Shown here one piece after another: positions 30,401 to 49,556 of a stretch of 64,000 nt of DNA. Made by a program: the position numbers and the translations under genes. Position 1 is the stretch's first letter, and each line of letters opens with the position of its first letter. The notes under the pieces were generated by a model. It was given only the letters and a program-made list of their open reading frames with translations, did no database searches and had not been told where the DNA came from. Source of the stretch: the human T2T-CHM13v2.0 reference genome, Homo sapiens; NCBI RefSeq assembly GCF_009914755.1, contig NC_060941.1; one strand, given 5' to 3'.

Positions 30401-33079
30401 GCCCTGCTTTTGCCAAGCCTGTCTCCAGAGGCTTTTGCCCCTGAACATCTATTGCAGGAAGGTCCCAGATGCTCTAGAGCTGGTGGAAAGCTCTCCTGCG
30501 CACCCTGTCCCCTCGGAGCCAAATGACTGCTGGGGTTCAAACACCAGGGCTCCATCGCTCACTGCAGGTGTCATCTTGGGCAAGTTCCTTAACCTCTCTC
30601 TTCTTCCTGTCTGCAAAATGGGCCGCCCCAAGCATTGCGAGTTAATCCATTACACACGCAATGCAGAAAATACCATTTGGCACATATAGCTGAAAGCGTC
30701 GGCTGTTATGTATTATTATTATCATTTCTCTTCTGGGGTCTTCTTATGATTTAAGCCACACTTGTGCCGCAGGGTCCCTGGCCTGGGCAGGGTAAGTACT
30801 CAGCACACCTTCTGCCTGGCTCTGGCTTCTCCCAAATTCCTTTTCCAGCCACTTGGGAGGGGTGGACAGGGGATGGAGAAAGGAGTAGAGGTTAATTGAA
30901 GGTAATAAATCAGGGCAGCTGCTGTGGAGGCGAGGGACTGAAGGGGAGGTGATCAGGACAGGAATTCATTAGACTTGAAAGGAATCAAAGGCAGTGTGTC
31001 CAACCCCCTCATTATCAATGAGAATACTGAGGCCCAGCCAGAGAAAAGAACTTGCCCAAAAGGCTGGGCTGCATCTCCGGACTCCACTTCCCTGGGGTCC
31101 CAGCACCTTTTGGCTCCGGCAAGAGTGGAGGCTCTGCGTTCGAGCATCCATGGGAGGCTGGGCTGGGGGATGGAGCTGAGGGCTGCTTTTTACTGTCGTT
31201 ACTTTCCTACCATAGGGGCCCTGAGCTCTGACCCAAAACCTACAGGTTCAGCTGCCACAAACATTGACCTGGCTCTCTGCTGGGCACATTTCTTGTTCTG
31301 TGTTATCTGAATGGGCGCCTCATGGTGATACTCCCTGGGCAGGCAGAGATTGGGCTCCGAGGCCTGGCCTGATCCCCTGCACACACCTTGACCATGTCTC
31401 CTATGGTGGACTTAGATGGGTGGGAGCTTTTTAAATAGCTGGTCGTCGTGTGAGTACCAGTCCACCCCCAAAGGTTTCATGGGGATAGTTCCAATGTGAC
31501 AAGAAAGAATGAAAAATAGTCTTAAGACCAAACCAGAGAGGGGACAGAGAAGGCCACCCCCCACCCCCACTCTGAAGAGCAAGCACAGCAGGGGAGATGT
31601 GGCCACTGCCATCGTCTGGGGCTGCTTTCTGGTCTGTGGGCTGGTTTGCATCCTCACCTCTGCAGGGCTGGAATGTGTGTGTGGTCAGGGGGGCATTTGC
31701 CCAGGGAAGGGGGCATTTTGCGGCTTTTCGAGAATAGCGCCCCTAGGCCAGGCACTTCCTCTGCAGATCATGACTTTGTTTTGAGCATGTGGCTTCCTCA
31801 GGGGCTGTGGCCTCTCGTGGGAGTCCAGCAAGGTGGACATTTTGTGTTTGGGTTCCTTACAGCCCTTCAGGCAGTCGCTGGAGCCCAGCTGACCTTGCCT
31901 AGAAGGGGAGCTGTGGGGGGAGGCGCCCTTGTCCTCCATTTTGAAGACGGAGGGTCCTGGCTGGCCTCCCATGCAGTTGCCCTTTTTAGCACCCCATAGT
32001 CCCAACAGGTTGTGAGGCGGGGAGGGCTGGGGTCCAGGAGCCTGGGCAGTGGACTTCTCTGCCACCTGGATAATGGCCAGAGGACAGGGAAGCTCTTAGT
32101 CTGAAGTGTCATTTCAGACGCCCCCATGGCCTCAGGATTCCTGCCAATTATAGAGCCAGATGCACACTGTCACCTGGGCTTCTCTGTGCAGGCCTGACCA
32201 GGAACCCAGGGTTCCTCTTCCTTCTCCCTCCCCTGGAATGAGGCAAGGTTGGGACTGGGGTGGCTGCTGAGGACAGATGTCCCTACTCCTGCACAGAGGA
32301 TGCTGCTCTCCCCTCCAGGGCCTGGACTCAGCTGCACCCATGTCAGGGGCTAAAACTGTGCCGAAAACTCCCATTCCTTCAAGTGCCAGCTCCCTGGGCA
32401 GGCCATGGGCAATGCACACTGCAGGGGTGCCTCTCTGGCCTTCCTCCCCACTGCTTTGTGGAGATCTGTCCCCCACACCCCCCCACACACCAGGGCTATC
32501 TTGCAGTTGGATCAAACCAGGTTCACACCTCAGCTCTTCTCACTACCAAGTTACTGAGTGCCTGGAACCTGTTTCTTCCCCTTCGAGCTGGGGGTTCACC
32601 TCCTGGGGATTCCATGATGTGGGTCTGTGTGGTGGGGACAGCCACCACCAGCATAGAGTGTCCGGTGCCCCACAGGTGCTGTTCTGTGGATGGGAGGCTC
32701 CCTTACCTTGTTCCCTTCCCAGTGGTACCAGCAGCTGGACGTGGCTCCTATATTCCCAGGAGGAGATTCTTTGAAACCTTTTCTTTTCTGAGCCCCTGAG
32801 CCTGTTCTGATGCCCTGATGCCATACCCTCACCACCCCAGCGTCCTCCCTGCCCTGGGCTCTCACCAGCGTCTGTTGCCTCATGCCTCTGCACCTGAATT
32901 TGAAGGCTGCACCAGCGAGCCATTCTTCCCCCACCTCCAGGCAAGACTGTTCCTCGACCAGTGCTGGCAGAGGCCAGCAATCTTCACTGGGTCTACCCCA
33001 GTCTTCCAAGCCTCCCAAAGAGAAGTTTCTAAAACCTCCCCAGGATCTTTTACTAAGAATTCTCTCCTCCACCCCATAC

Positions 33080-33299
33080 CTTTGGTCTCAAAGGGGTGGT
33101 GGGGAGGCCGCCCTCCGTTCTCCGCCCGGTTCATGGTCTTGTTGTTCTCCAGCTCCGGTGGAGGCTCGGGGTACTCTCCGAGCTCGGGGATGATTTCCGT
33201 GGCATCATTCTTGAACGCCTGCCACCCCTGGCCCTCCACTACACGGAAGGCTGTGTGTACCAGCAGGCAGACGAGACACAGGGCCAGTGGGAGCTGCAT
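33080..33299 (-). CDS. SOST: Sclerostin, coding exon 1 (signal peptide and N-terminus, [32 protein letters not shown]...PFETK)
   Basis: ATG at 33299 in GGTACCATGC context. Translation matches the sclerostin N-terminus. Donor AAAG|GTATGG follows 33080. 220 nt, phase 1. Confidence 0.99.
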
Positions 33300-33345
33300 G
33301 GTACCAGCCAGAGGAGGGCACGCCACCTTCCAGTAGCACAGGCTC

Positions 33346-33630
33346 TGGTCTCCAGCCGAGACACGGTCGCCTTTTTAAAGCCCCTCTCTGCTTCATGCCA
33401 GCCAATGAGGACAGGCTGGGGCAGGGCTGGTCCCATGTTTCCCTCAGCCCCGGAGGGAGGGAAAGGGGTGTGCTCAGAGCAAACCCTCCCCAAAGACTTC
33501 TCCTCTAGCTCAGCAAACTTCCAAATTGCTGCTGGCACTCCCAGGTGACCCAGAGAGAGGGGGCGTGTGAGGCAAGGCCCAAGCCTGCTCTCCGGCACCT
33601 CCCACGTGCTGGCGGCTGTGGTTTTCAGAT
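33346..33630 (-). promoter_or_regulatory. SOST: SOST proximal promoter: TSS ~33346, TATA-like TTTAAAAA (33372-33379), CCAAT (33402-33406), E-box CACGTG (33603-33608), RUNX site TGTGGT (33617-33622)
   Basis: Motifs read directly from the sequence. The TATA-like element is ~26-33 nt upstream of the recalled mRNA 5' end (AGAGCCTGTGC...). RUNX2 plus E-box control of the SOST promoter is established. Confidence 0.8.
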
Positions 33631-35143
33631 ATCAAAATGAGCTCCGGCTTTTAATTGTCTGTCTCCCTGGGCCCTCGGGCATTCTCAAAACAAACTGTGG
33701 ACCCGCTCAACAAAGAAAATGTGCAGTTCTGAGTGCTTCGCGGGGCTGAGCCCGGCCTATTCCATTTCTCAGGCCAAGTTCATTTGTCACCCCACCAACA
33801 AATGGCCCAAGGCGTTTCTGTTTGACCCCCATAGACCCAGCCAGAGGCAAAAAGATGCTTTTAAAGAAATCCCATTGGTCCCAACTCCACAAGTCTCAGC
33901 ATTCATTGTCCTAACCAAGAAAGCCTCTCTTGGTATTCTCTGGAAGGCAAGAGAGAGAACTAGAGGGTCAGAGCAAGGGTGCCCGCTTGGGAGAGAGGGC
34001 AGGATTCTGGTTACAAATCGAGGATGCGCTGGTCACTCAGGCTCCTGTGGTGGACAGCACAGAGGAAATCCCAGCTCATGCTCCTCAGGGATCCTGTGCA
34101 CTGTGACAGGCACTTCTGAGCCAGGGCACTCACTGTGGCTCGCAGGGTGATGTGCTGAAGACAGTCATTTCCCCAACCAGTCTGTGTGTGTGAGAAGACA
34201 ACACCAAATTCCTTTCCTTAGCAAAAGCCACAGCCAGCGTTTTTAGTGCTGACATTTTATTTTCTTGTCTTCCAGCTGGTTACATTTTTCAAAAACAGTT
34301 TTGAGTCCTGTATGGAAAGCTTCATTGGTGCACACCACAGGATGTGTTCCATGAAGCCATCCCAGGACCAAGTGGTCACAAAGAAGCTAAGAGAAAATGC
34401 TGCCTTGGCCCTGCATATAATGAGCCACACAGGGCCGGGGCGGGGGGCGGGGGGGCAGGTAGAGGCGTGGGGGAGAAGGATTCACACCTGAGGTGCAAGA
34501 AGAGAAAGGAAGGCCAGAGGAATCTTTCATTGAAGACAGATTGTTTGAGGACAAGCAGCTCCTGTGAAGAGGCTGCCCAGATCCTCTGGTATTTTAACTG
34601 GGCAATGAATCAGCATGCCCCACCTGCAGAGCCTCTGCAAGTCCTTTGCCACCTGCCTCAACTTGCAAGTCGCTGTGTCCATCTGCAGCCGACTGTCCTC
34701 CTTTCCATCATCCATCATCCGACACATGAATGCAGCTGCTCTGACAGTTTTACAAGCCAGACAGAAGCCCCCTCAGGAAGGGCCCTCTCTGATACCTGCT
34801 TCCTAAGTCAGTTTCCTTCAGGGCAGATGAAAACAGCTGTGGCCATTGTTGGGGGTGATCTATCTCTCCCAGCAGAGCCGGTAGTGTTGTGAGAAGCTGG
34901 CCCTCCGCGCCACCTCCCCTTGTCTATGACCCTCCAGCCTCCTTTTCCCTTGCTCTGGAATGTGGACTGTTAACCCTCTCATGACCAGACGACTGCCTTC
35001 TTGCAATGGACTTGGGAGAGAGCAGTTCTGATGCCTGGGTTCCTTGAGCAGGTAGGATGGATGCTTATAGCCCCACCTGCTGTTGGGAGCGGCTGGACCG
35101 TCTGCATTAAACAGAGGCAGTGGGATTCATCCCTGGAACGCGT

Positions 35144-35157
35144 CTGCCACCTGCTGG
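35144..35157 (-). promoter_or_regulatory. CTCF core motif CCAGCAGGTGGCAG ~1.8 kb upstream of the SOST TSS
   Basis: Full match to CCASYAGRKGGCRS. Binding is not demonstrated. Confidence 0.6.
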
Positions 35158-35468
35158 AGACAAAAGGAGGGGTGACTGCAGGATGGCAAGTCTCAGGACT
35201 GGACGTGATTTCCTTTCCTTTCCTTTCCTTATTTGGAAGTGAAGTAATATTAAAAGGAAAAAGAAGAATCCAGTGGACTTGAACCTCTAAATGATCCACA
35301 CCCCTCTGAATGGCTCAGCGAGAACCTGCTGTGACATCTTCTGCTGTTTCATTTAATGTTAAGTCATTGACAGCTGTTTATTTTTACTCAGTCCACAAAC
35401 TTGTCATTGTTCACAGTACTCCCTGGAATTAAACCCCCAGGGTTTTAGCTGATTCCTATTGTGAGTAG

Positions 35469-37880
<2,412 letters not shown>

Positions 37881-38139
37881 GATTTTTTTAAACATTGAAT
37901 TTAACAGTTGAAACTTAATTTCCAGAAAAGCTGCTTTTCCATGTGATTATTTACCAGCTTTTGTTTCTGTCGAGTTGCTTCTTCTGATGTTCACTCGCCA
38001 AACGTTTAATAAAGCAAGGGGGACACGCACTCCCTCTCCAGGAGCTCGCATACCATGGAAGAAATAATTTCCGCATCCAAACAACTCCACTACCAGATGG
38101 AAGGTGATCAATGCCACTGAAAAAAAGGTTCAGATGCTT

Positions 38140-39310
<1,171 letters not shown>

Positions 39311-40674
39311 CATTTTTTCAAAAGGACAATTTTCTTATGGGCCTTCAAAGGAGAGAACAATCTCTTTCCCCTGGGGAGGATCTGGGATCCTTATGGTAAG
39401 ATGTGGCATTTGGACCAGACTTTGAATGACAGGCCAAATTTGGAAAGTATATTATGCTCCTTTGACTCCTTGGGATCATAGAATCTTTGATCTGGAAGGA
39501 CTCTCAAAGGTCATCCGGTTTCATTCTCTACTTGGTTCTGGAGGAGGCCCCTATCTCTAATTAATGGAAACTGAGGATTCTCCTTATTGGCTGCATTTTA
39601 AAACAGATTTTGCTCCCACTTGTAGGTGGTAAAAAGGAAATATCTGGATTAGGAGGGCAAACTTCTGCTTTTAGGCAGTACCCTGCATTGAGGGATGTCC
39701 AAATCACCTTGTCTTTATTTACACATCCATACACAATGGAATGCTATGTAGCTGTTAAGATGAAGGGGGTAGAGCAATAAAAACAATAACCATAATATAA
39801 GCTAAGCAAAACAAACAACAAAGCAGAGATATCTCTGTATATACACACGTATGCACATATGTGTGCTTATATATGCTTGACATTTTCCTTTAAGGATATG
39901 ATGCTTATGGGGAGAGAGATTGAAGGAGCAAGTGACTCACTTTTCCGTATAAGCCTTTTGCATTGTTTAAGTGTATTACTATGTACATATAGTATTATTT
40001 TTAATGAAAAATTTTTTAAAAATTATACTTAAAAACTTTTACCTGTTTTATATTTTAGTGCTCTGCCTTAAGATTTTGTGTAGAACCATAAAGATTACAT
40101 TGTCAGAGTCTTGACAAATAGGAAGCGAGTCCAATTGCTTCATGTGATAGAGGGAATGGGAACCTCGAGAGGCTTTCTCTGCCCAGACTTCTGTCTGGGA
40201 GGAAAAGGCACCTACTTTCTCTAAGGTTTTTTATTCAAAGGAACATAGCACCAATAGTGGAATTTAAGGCATCTGGGGGAAGGGGATATGTTTAGGGACT
40301 GTTCATTTGCAGGATCACTCAAATCTCAAAATGTCACCCAGTCATCACGTGAGGCTACCTTGAGATGAACACCCTAGTCCCCTGCTTTCTTAGAAGCACA
40401 AACCTTACCTCCTTCATTCAGGACCATTATGGCCATTCTACCTAAGAATATTCCTACCAGAACATTTCTGGTACTGGAAAGGTGTTCATCAATATCTACT
40501 GCATAAACAGTGCCATCATGGAACCTATAACTAGCTCAGAACGGCTATGTTTTAGATGATTATTTTTAAAAAGTTAGAAATCGCAAATATAAAAGCTAAG
40601 CCCAAACAAAAAAAGCTAAGCATAAAAACGTAAAAGAATACCAACTGTGATAAGAAGGACAAAAAAACAATACC

Positions 40675-43600
40675 TTTGTAATGTAAGACATTTATTTTGG
40701 CTAAAGTTCTGGTGTTTTAACACTGATTTGTGATACAACGGACATTAAACTTCCTTTTAAAAAGAAAAAAACAATTTGGTAGCTCTCCCTTTTCTGTCCA
40801 GAAAAATTCACTCTTTCATAATCAAATTACCCTAAAATTTGGTGGCGTTAAGAGGCAACAAAAGTTAAGCTTCCAACGAATCTGTTCTCTCAACCGGAAA
40901 TGTCTTCTATTTCCAATCAGGATAAAACCTTGACTTACTTGCAAGGACTATCACGGTTAGCCCTTCAGTGATTCCTGACACCAGTTCTGTGAAAAAGAAA
41001 ATTTCCTGCGAGAAAAGCTCATGTCTTCATATTGAAGATCAGTACTTTTTTTTTTTTTTTTCCTTTAAAACAGTAGCATCTTAACTTGTGGCACAAAAGG
41101 CACCAACATTCCCTTTCCAAACCATCCATCACCATGGGTGGAAGGCAGCGCCACCTGCTGGCCATCATATTATGGCTCACATACCCATAATTTCCTTGCG
41201 GTGCTGAATTCCAAGTGGGGATTATTAGAGACCCCTCAGAGCCAAAAGGGGACCTTAGAGGTCTTCTAGATGAGTCCCCTCATTTGTAGGTGGTGGTTTC
41301 TGGATAACTCAGAGTGGCAGGGACACAGACGAGCCTGTGGAAAGGTATACTGCTTTAAGATTGAGAAGAAAACCATTTGGCGCTCTAATTTTGCCTGGAT
41401 GGTGCTCTGTCAGTCAAAGAAAGGGAACAGGTCTGGGGAGGGGGTAAGGGCACCCTGAGTTCCTGTTCCATCACTTCCCAGGCAGTAGAAGGCTGTCCAG
41501 GAACAGCTCCCATCCGCAGCTGGGCATGTGTTGGCTCTTACACAAGAGACTTTAATTTTACTTGAAGAACTAAGAGCTAAATCTTGTTAAGTAAATACGG
41601 GGTTTCAGGGGTGAAGGACTATCAAGAAATCCCAAGTTATCAGCATAAAAGTAGTCCCAAAGTAAAGGCAGTAATTCTCCCAATGGCCTTTTCTCCCTCA
41701 TGCCCCCACAGAGACTTTCGAGAGGTCCTAGTTAGCCAGCCACACCAACCTGCTGTGTTCGCGTAAGTAGCTGTGCCTGTCCCATGGGGTGACCACTGCC
41801 TGGTCATGGGAGGGGAGCCCCAGCCCCAGCTCCCTAGCCTTTTCCAGGAGCAGAGCAGAAAGCTCTACTTTGGGGTGCTACATCCCACCTGGAGAAAGAG
41901 CTGCACATTCTAGCCTATGAGGGACCCACCCTTTTCACTTGCTTCTCCGGGGCTGGATTGAGGGTAAGTGCAGTACACCTGGAGATCCCAGGGAGCCCCC
42001 TTCTTGAGAAAGAGTATCGTATGAAAGAATCCAGCTTCAGGGAGCAGCAAACCCAAAATCTTGCCCAGCTCCACCTTATGGAGCTGGACAACCCTGGGGG
42101 CCAGGCCCTTAATCATTCTGAACCTCAGTTCCTTTTTTTTAAAAAAGGTCACAATACAAGAACAAGCTCTACTAACTTTACAGGGTTACTGTGAGGCTCA
42201 AGTTAGATTAAGTTGGAAGGCTACCTAGAAGCTGTGCAGTGAGGTACCCAGTTTAGAGGATGGCCATTTCACTTAGGTGGGTTTATCTGGACACCTTTTT
42301 CACTATCTGGAGAAGAAGACACATACTGGTTGTTCAGGGCTGCTGTGGTCACAGAGAAAAGCGGACAGCAAATGACCAGGCTGGGCAGGGCTGCTTCTGT
42401 GTGATCAGAGACCTTCACAGCCGGGAGTGAGGCCTTACGCCACACCTGCCTCTCCGTGTCCCAGCCAGGAGCTCCTGGCCAACTCTGAAAAAGGCACATT
42501 CCCTACCTTGGCATATTAACACTGCCTGAATTTAAATGTAAAACTGAGTTGTAAATAGTCAACAAAAGTCCCTGATATTTCTTTTGTTTTAGGTAAGACT
42601 CCTTCACAAGGCCTTGCGAGTGATCCTACCATAAATTCAGTCTTCTGGGAGCGTGACACACCCACCAGAACAATGCCCTATATATATTTGGTGCTCAAAA
42701 AGTGTTTAATTTCTTAAACTTTTATCAGACACCTATGTGCAAGGTGCTGGGGGCATGGCTGAGGACCTTCTCTTTGCCCAGAGTGACCCTGAAGATAAAT
42801 AGCATCACAATCACTTTCCATAATAACAATAACGTAAAATCCTAACAAGACTGTATTTAAAACAAAACTCTTATATTCTGGCAAATGTGCATACACATGT
42901 GAGGGCTGGTGCATTCCAATATCATCCTTAGAAAGTCTTTTGAAAGGTTTATCGTGTTTGGGTTTTTTTGCTCTACCACCAATAAAGGATCCATTTGGAC
43001 ACTCCGCCATGTCTCATGTCTGCCTGGCTGAGTCACTTCAGGGATCCCGTGCTGGCACCAGAGAGCTGTAAGAGCCACCTGCAATGGGCAGGGTGTGTGC
43101 CTGGGACCTTTCACTTCCCTGCTTGTCTTCTGGCCGCGTTTCTGAGAGGCACGCCCCCCACACACATCCATGCACACACGCTGTAATTGGCCAACTTCCT
43201 CCTTCTGTTCTTGGAATAGCAACCGAGACAAAAAGCAGTTAGCACGAGTGGCTTGGGCTTGCCAACACTACAATTCAGGACAAAACCCTTGTAATTCTCC
43301 AAATGGTGGGGTTTTTAAATAGGTTGGACTTCAACTCCCTGTTTTCTAAAAAAGAAAAAAAAAAAAGCATGCCCAAGGCATCACTCTTCTCAAAAACGAA
43401 GTGACTGAGATAAGATCGAAGGGAAATATTCCAGAGCAGCAGATTCTGAACTCAAGGCTTCCAAAGATTCACATTTTGAAAACTCTATGGATTTAGGAGG
43501 GTTCTCCAGGTTTGCCCACAAGGCCTCTTTGTGTAGGGACCATTCATCCTAAGGAAATCATTCAAATGCAGCCTTGCTGTGGGAATCTCCATCCACTAAT

Positions 43601-44158
43601 AACTGACGGACACCCCCACCCCAGCTTCGGACCTCAAGACGTGAGAGGGCTGCCTATGCACAGGGTGTGGAAGGCTGTGGGGACAGTGCGGGGCACAGAC
43701 GTGGTGGGGAGAGTGGCCTGCATTTGCATAGTTCCTTTACTAGGGCTCAAGGTGTTGAGGTCCACACTCAAGAGAGGATTCGGGAGTTGGGGAAGGGAGG
43801 TCATGAGGGACCTCTGTGAGCATCTTAGGCCTTACACTTCCACACACCTCCTGCCGTGGGCCATCGGGAAGCATGCAGGCCACAGGCCTTCCCCCTCTGA
43901 GCCCCCATCTCAGGGAAAAGACATCATAAGTTACAGAAACAGGACAACTGGGGAGCAAGGACGCCCCCCTTGGCAAGCTTCTTTATGTGCTCCCCAGGGT
44001 GGGGAAAGTGGCCCAGGACTGTGTTGGGACACACTTGTAGACAAGTGCCTTGTGATGCTGGGAGCAGGGTACAGTGTGTTTCCTAAACATGGCAGCTCGG
44101 GACACCTTTGCCCACGGCCTCCCCCACGGACCTCTCGAGCAGAGGCGGTGGGGGTGCC
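40675..44158 (-). other. DUSP3: DUSP3 long (~3.5 kb) 3' UTR; AATAAA at 40696-40691
   Basis: tttatt on + at 40691-40696, followed on the minus strand by U/GU-rich downstream sequence. The stretch is Alu-free and contiguous with exon 3. Confidence 0.8.
41146..41164 (-). promoter_or_regulatory. Strong CTCF motif TGGCCAGCAGGTGGCGCTG
   Basis: Matches the CTCF core CCASYAGRKGGCRS plus preferred flanks. Binding is not demonstrated. Confidence 0.7.
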
Positions 44159-44626
<468 letters not shown>

Positions 44627-45044
44627 TCAAGCTGAACACGTGCATCCCCTCTGGCCCAGCAATCCCACTCCCAGGCCCAGGTCCAATAGAGATACGCATT
44701 CACATTCACGAACATGGGCCAGAATGTTCACAGGCAACACTGCACATCATGGCCCACAGTTAGAAACCCCCAAAGGCCCATCCACAGTAGAAAGGACAAA
44801 TACAAAGAATGACCAGACTGCCACTTAGCAGAAGCAACACGGAGGCAGCACACACATATGAGGTGGATGAGCCCACAGAGTAGGAAAGCGGGCAAAACCA
44901 TCTGTGCTGTCAGAAGCCTGCAAGGGGCTGGGCACAGTGGCTCACGCCTGTAATCCCAGCACTTTGGGAGGCCAAGGCAACTGGATCACAAGGTCAGGAG
45001 TTCGAGACCAGACTGGCCAACATAGTGAAATCCCGTCTTTACTA

Positions 45045-45515
<471 letters not shown>

Positions 45516-45517
45516 TA

Positions 45518-45532
45518 GTGTGTGTGTGCGTG

Positions 45533-45572
<40 letters not shown>

Positions 45573-45590
45573 TGTATATATATATATATA
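45518..45590 (+). repeat. Compound (TG)n/(TA)n microsatellite
   Basis: Direct reading. Confidence 0.9.
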
Positions 45591-45594
45591 AATA

Positions 45595-45941
45595 GACACC
45601 ATCTCTCAATATCCACAGGGCAGATTGGCTCCAGGACCTCCTGCCGATACCCAAATCCACAGATGCTCAAGTCCCTGATTATAAAATGACATCATATATG
45701 CAAATAACCTCTGCACAGCACATCCTCCCCTATACTTTAAATCATCTCCAGATGACTTATGATACCCAAGACAATGTAAACATTTATTAGATTATATCAT
45801 CTAGAGAATAATGACAAGAAAAAAAATCTGTACATGTTCAGTACAGACATAACATCTTTTTATGTTGTTTTTAATATTTTTCAGACTGAGGTTAGTTGAA
45901 TCCACAGATGTGGAACCCACGGATATGGAGGACCGACTGTA
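45595..45941. mobile_element. MER2 (Tigger) DNA transposon in DUSP3 intron 2
   Basis: atccacagggcagattggctccagg...gttgaatccacagatgtggaacccacggatatggaggaccgactgta. Confidence 0.8.
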
Positions 45942-46447
45942 TATTCTATTGGTTCTGTTTTTTCTAGAGAATCCTGACCAATACACTGGTTATTAACTCA
46001 TGATCCACCTAACCTCAAGGTGCCTCAGTTTTCTTATCTGGCCAATAGTACCCATTGCACAAGGTGGTTAGATTAAAGGAGAGGACACATGAATCCTCTA
46101 GGTTAGCACCTGGCATCCATGTGCACTCAATAAATGTTACCCAATACTGGGCATCCTCTGGTAGCACCTAGTACACCCTCAACTACAGCAGCCCTGGTCC
46201 TGTGTCATTGCCAGACATGCGCAGATTGACTTTTCTCTCCCAGAGGACGAATTCTTTAAGAGCAAGAAATGGCCGGACACGGTGGCTCACACCTATAATC
46301 CCAACACTTTGGGAGGTCGAGGTGGGCGGATCCCCTGAAGTCAGGAGTTCGAGACCATCCTGGCCAACATGGCGAAACCCCGTTTCTACTAAAAATACAA
46401 AAAATTAGCTGGGCATGGTGGCACATGCCTGTAATCCCAGCTACTCA

Positions 46448-46552
<105 letters not shown>

Positions 46553-49169
46553 TCAAAAAAAAAAAAAAAAAAAGGCAAGAAATGTGGGGCATTGATTTTT
46601 GGATGCGTTACAATCTCTAGCATACACTATGTGCTCAATAAATATTTGCTGACTAGCTGAGTGAATTATTACCTACTAACACCTCTATAAGGCCATTGTT
46701 TGGCAAGGAATCTGCTAGCCCAGAGTCCAACAGAGTCTCTTCTGCTCCTATCACCCTACCCCCAAAACACCACTCTATTTTCCCAATGCCTTCCAAATCA
46801 GGAAGCAGGAGTCCTCCACTTTCTTGCCCATTCACCCTCCGGCCTGTATGCCCGAAATATTCAGAGTGGGGCTTCCCCTGCCCCACCCTAGGAATGAGAC
46901 CCTCTGCAGAGCAGCCACCTTACCATCTAGAACATACTCTGCATGCCCAGTGCACACAGAGCCTACTGGGAAAGGGGCCAGTTCAACCTCCCATTCCTCT
47001 AGGCTCAGCCCAGATGCCACCTCCTCCATGAAGCTGTTTTCCCAGCTAGAAGTGACTGCTCCCTCTTGAGTACCCTCAGCCATCCCACCCAGCTCTCAGT
47101 GATGGGTCCCTGGGCCCCACACACTGTTGGAGGCCAGCATGTTTCTGTTGACTCACTTCGCCACTCATTCTTAGAAGCATTTATACTTGGCATTAGAGCC
47201 CATGGAATTCTTCATCACTTGCTCATTCATCATTTGCAGTGTACCTACTATGTGCCTGATGCTACATCAGGTGCTAAGGAGACAGACAAGGAACAAAGTA
47301 GACCCAGCCTGAGGGCAGGCTTCATGGAAGAGAGGACACCATGCCAAGGACAAGGTGGAGTTTGCCAGAGGAAGGGGTAGGGAGAGGCAGAGAGAACTTT
47401 TCAGACTAAAGACCCAGCACACCTGGACTGAGACAGGTCAAAAAAAGGGCGTGTTCCTAGTTGTTTGGAAAGAGGAAACAAAGTCAGAGAGCTTGAAATT
47501 CCCTGAATGAATAGCCAATTGCTATTATACGAGAACAACAAAATCCTTCCCCTTCGCCCAGCCTATGTTTACACAGGGTGAGGAACTCAGTACAGCTGGA
47601 GTGGAGGAGGTGAGCAGGGTTGGGGGGTGACAGTGACCAGGAAGGACCATGAGGGGCCTGTCAGCAAAGTCTGCAGATACTCCACAGTAAAGCTTCTCTC
47701 TGAGCCCTGAGCGTTCACTGTCCAGTGGTCTAGAAAATTCTGTTTACTGGAAATCATTCAGACAGTGAGCCTGCTGGGCCCAAGAGTCATCAGTGTAGTA
47801 CAGCCAAGGCTGTTCACACCTCATGGGGGTCCCCTCCGCTGGGAGGGTTTGGGGTGGGGAGAGACGAAGAGGTAAAGGGAGGAGCTGAGAGAAACAGCTA
47901 AAAGCAGAAAGGGAGAAAGGGCAAGTGGCCCAGCCTGCTCAGCTGATGTCTGCTTTGTGGCCTTCTAGGGTTTCTTGCTGGAATGCCTTGGTGACTGCCA
48001 GCGCCTTGGTAGTTCTCCTTCAGTCTTATCTTATATTTGGGGGCTGCAGGAAGTGTTTCGTAAGTGGCTGGAAGATTTGGCCAGGGGGGCTGTGGTTTGC
48101 TGACTGCCAACCTAAGCTGACCGCAGCTACCCCTTTTCTCCTTGCCAGGCAATCACGTGAATCTCTAGCCAATGAGATGTGAGGGGTATTTCTGGGAAAT
48201 GTTTTACTTGTTCTTAAAGAGAGAGACTGGGCATGGTGGCACGTGCTTGTAGTCCCAGCTACTCAGGAGGCTGAGGTGAGAGGACTGCTTGAGCCCAGGA
48301 GTTGGAGACCAGTCTAGACAACATAGCAAGACCCTGTCTCTTTAAAAAAGAGAGAGAGAGTGGCCAGGCGCGGTGGCTCATGCCTGTAATCCCAGCACTT
48401 TGGGAGGCAGAGGGAGGCGGATCACCTGAGGTCAGGAGTTGGAGACCAGCCTGACCAACATGGTGAAACCCCATCTCTACTAAAAATACAAAATTAGCCA
48501 GGCGTGGGGGCGCATGCCTGTAATCCCAGCTACTTGGGAGGCTGAGGCGGGAGGCTGAGGCAGGAGAATCGCTTGAACCTGGGAGGTGGAGGTTGCGGTG
48601 AGCCAAGATCGCGCCATTGCTCTTCAGCCTGGGCAACAAGAGTGAAACTCCATCTAAAAAAAAAAAAAAAAAAAAAAAAGGAGAGAGAGAAGAGGAAAAA
48701 AAAGAGTGGGAAGAGATGGCTGCAGGGCCTCATCTGCTGTACTTTGTCCTGCTTGGATGTGGTGACTGGATCCCATCTTGGGACCATGACGGGAGCACCC
48801 AACACTGAGGTGGCAGAAGAGAGAAAGGGAAAGGGCCTGGTCCAGAGGCCACCATGGAGCTGCTGAATCAAGCAGCCCCTTAATCAACCAGCCCCCATGC
48901 TCCTTCACCTCAGGACTTCTTGCCATGCACATTAACACATTAACACATCTTCCTCATCGTTACAGCTGTTTGAATGGGGGACGTGTAAGCAACTGGAAAC
49001 CAACCTCCAGCCAAAGTGCAGTCAAACGCGAGGACCCTGGGGCTGCCATGGTGTGAATGAGTTGCACATCCTGTGACACACGGGGCCACTTGACAGCCAG
49101 CCAGGTGAGCAGAGAGAGACCTACAGCTCTGTCGTTCACCCCAGAAGATGGGAAACAAGGGAGTTTCTA

Positions 49170-49556
<387 letters not shown>

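Noticed and set aside
29797-30689. Several long overlapping/antisense ORFs across SOST exon 2
   Set aside because: Expected from the scarcity of stops in GC-rich coding DNA within a CpG island.
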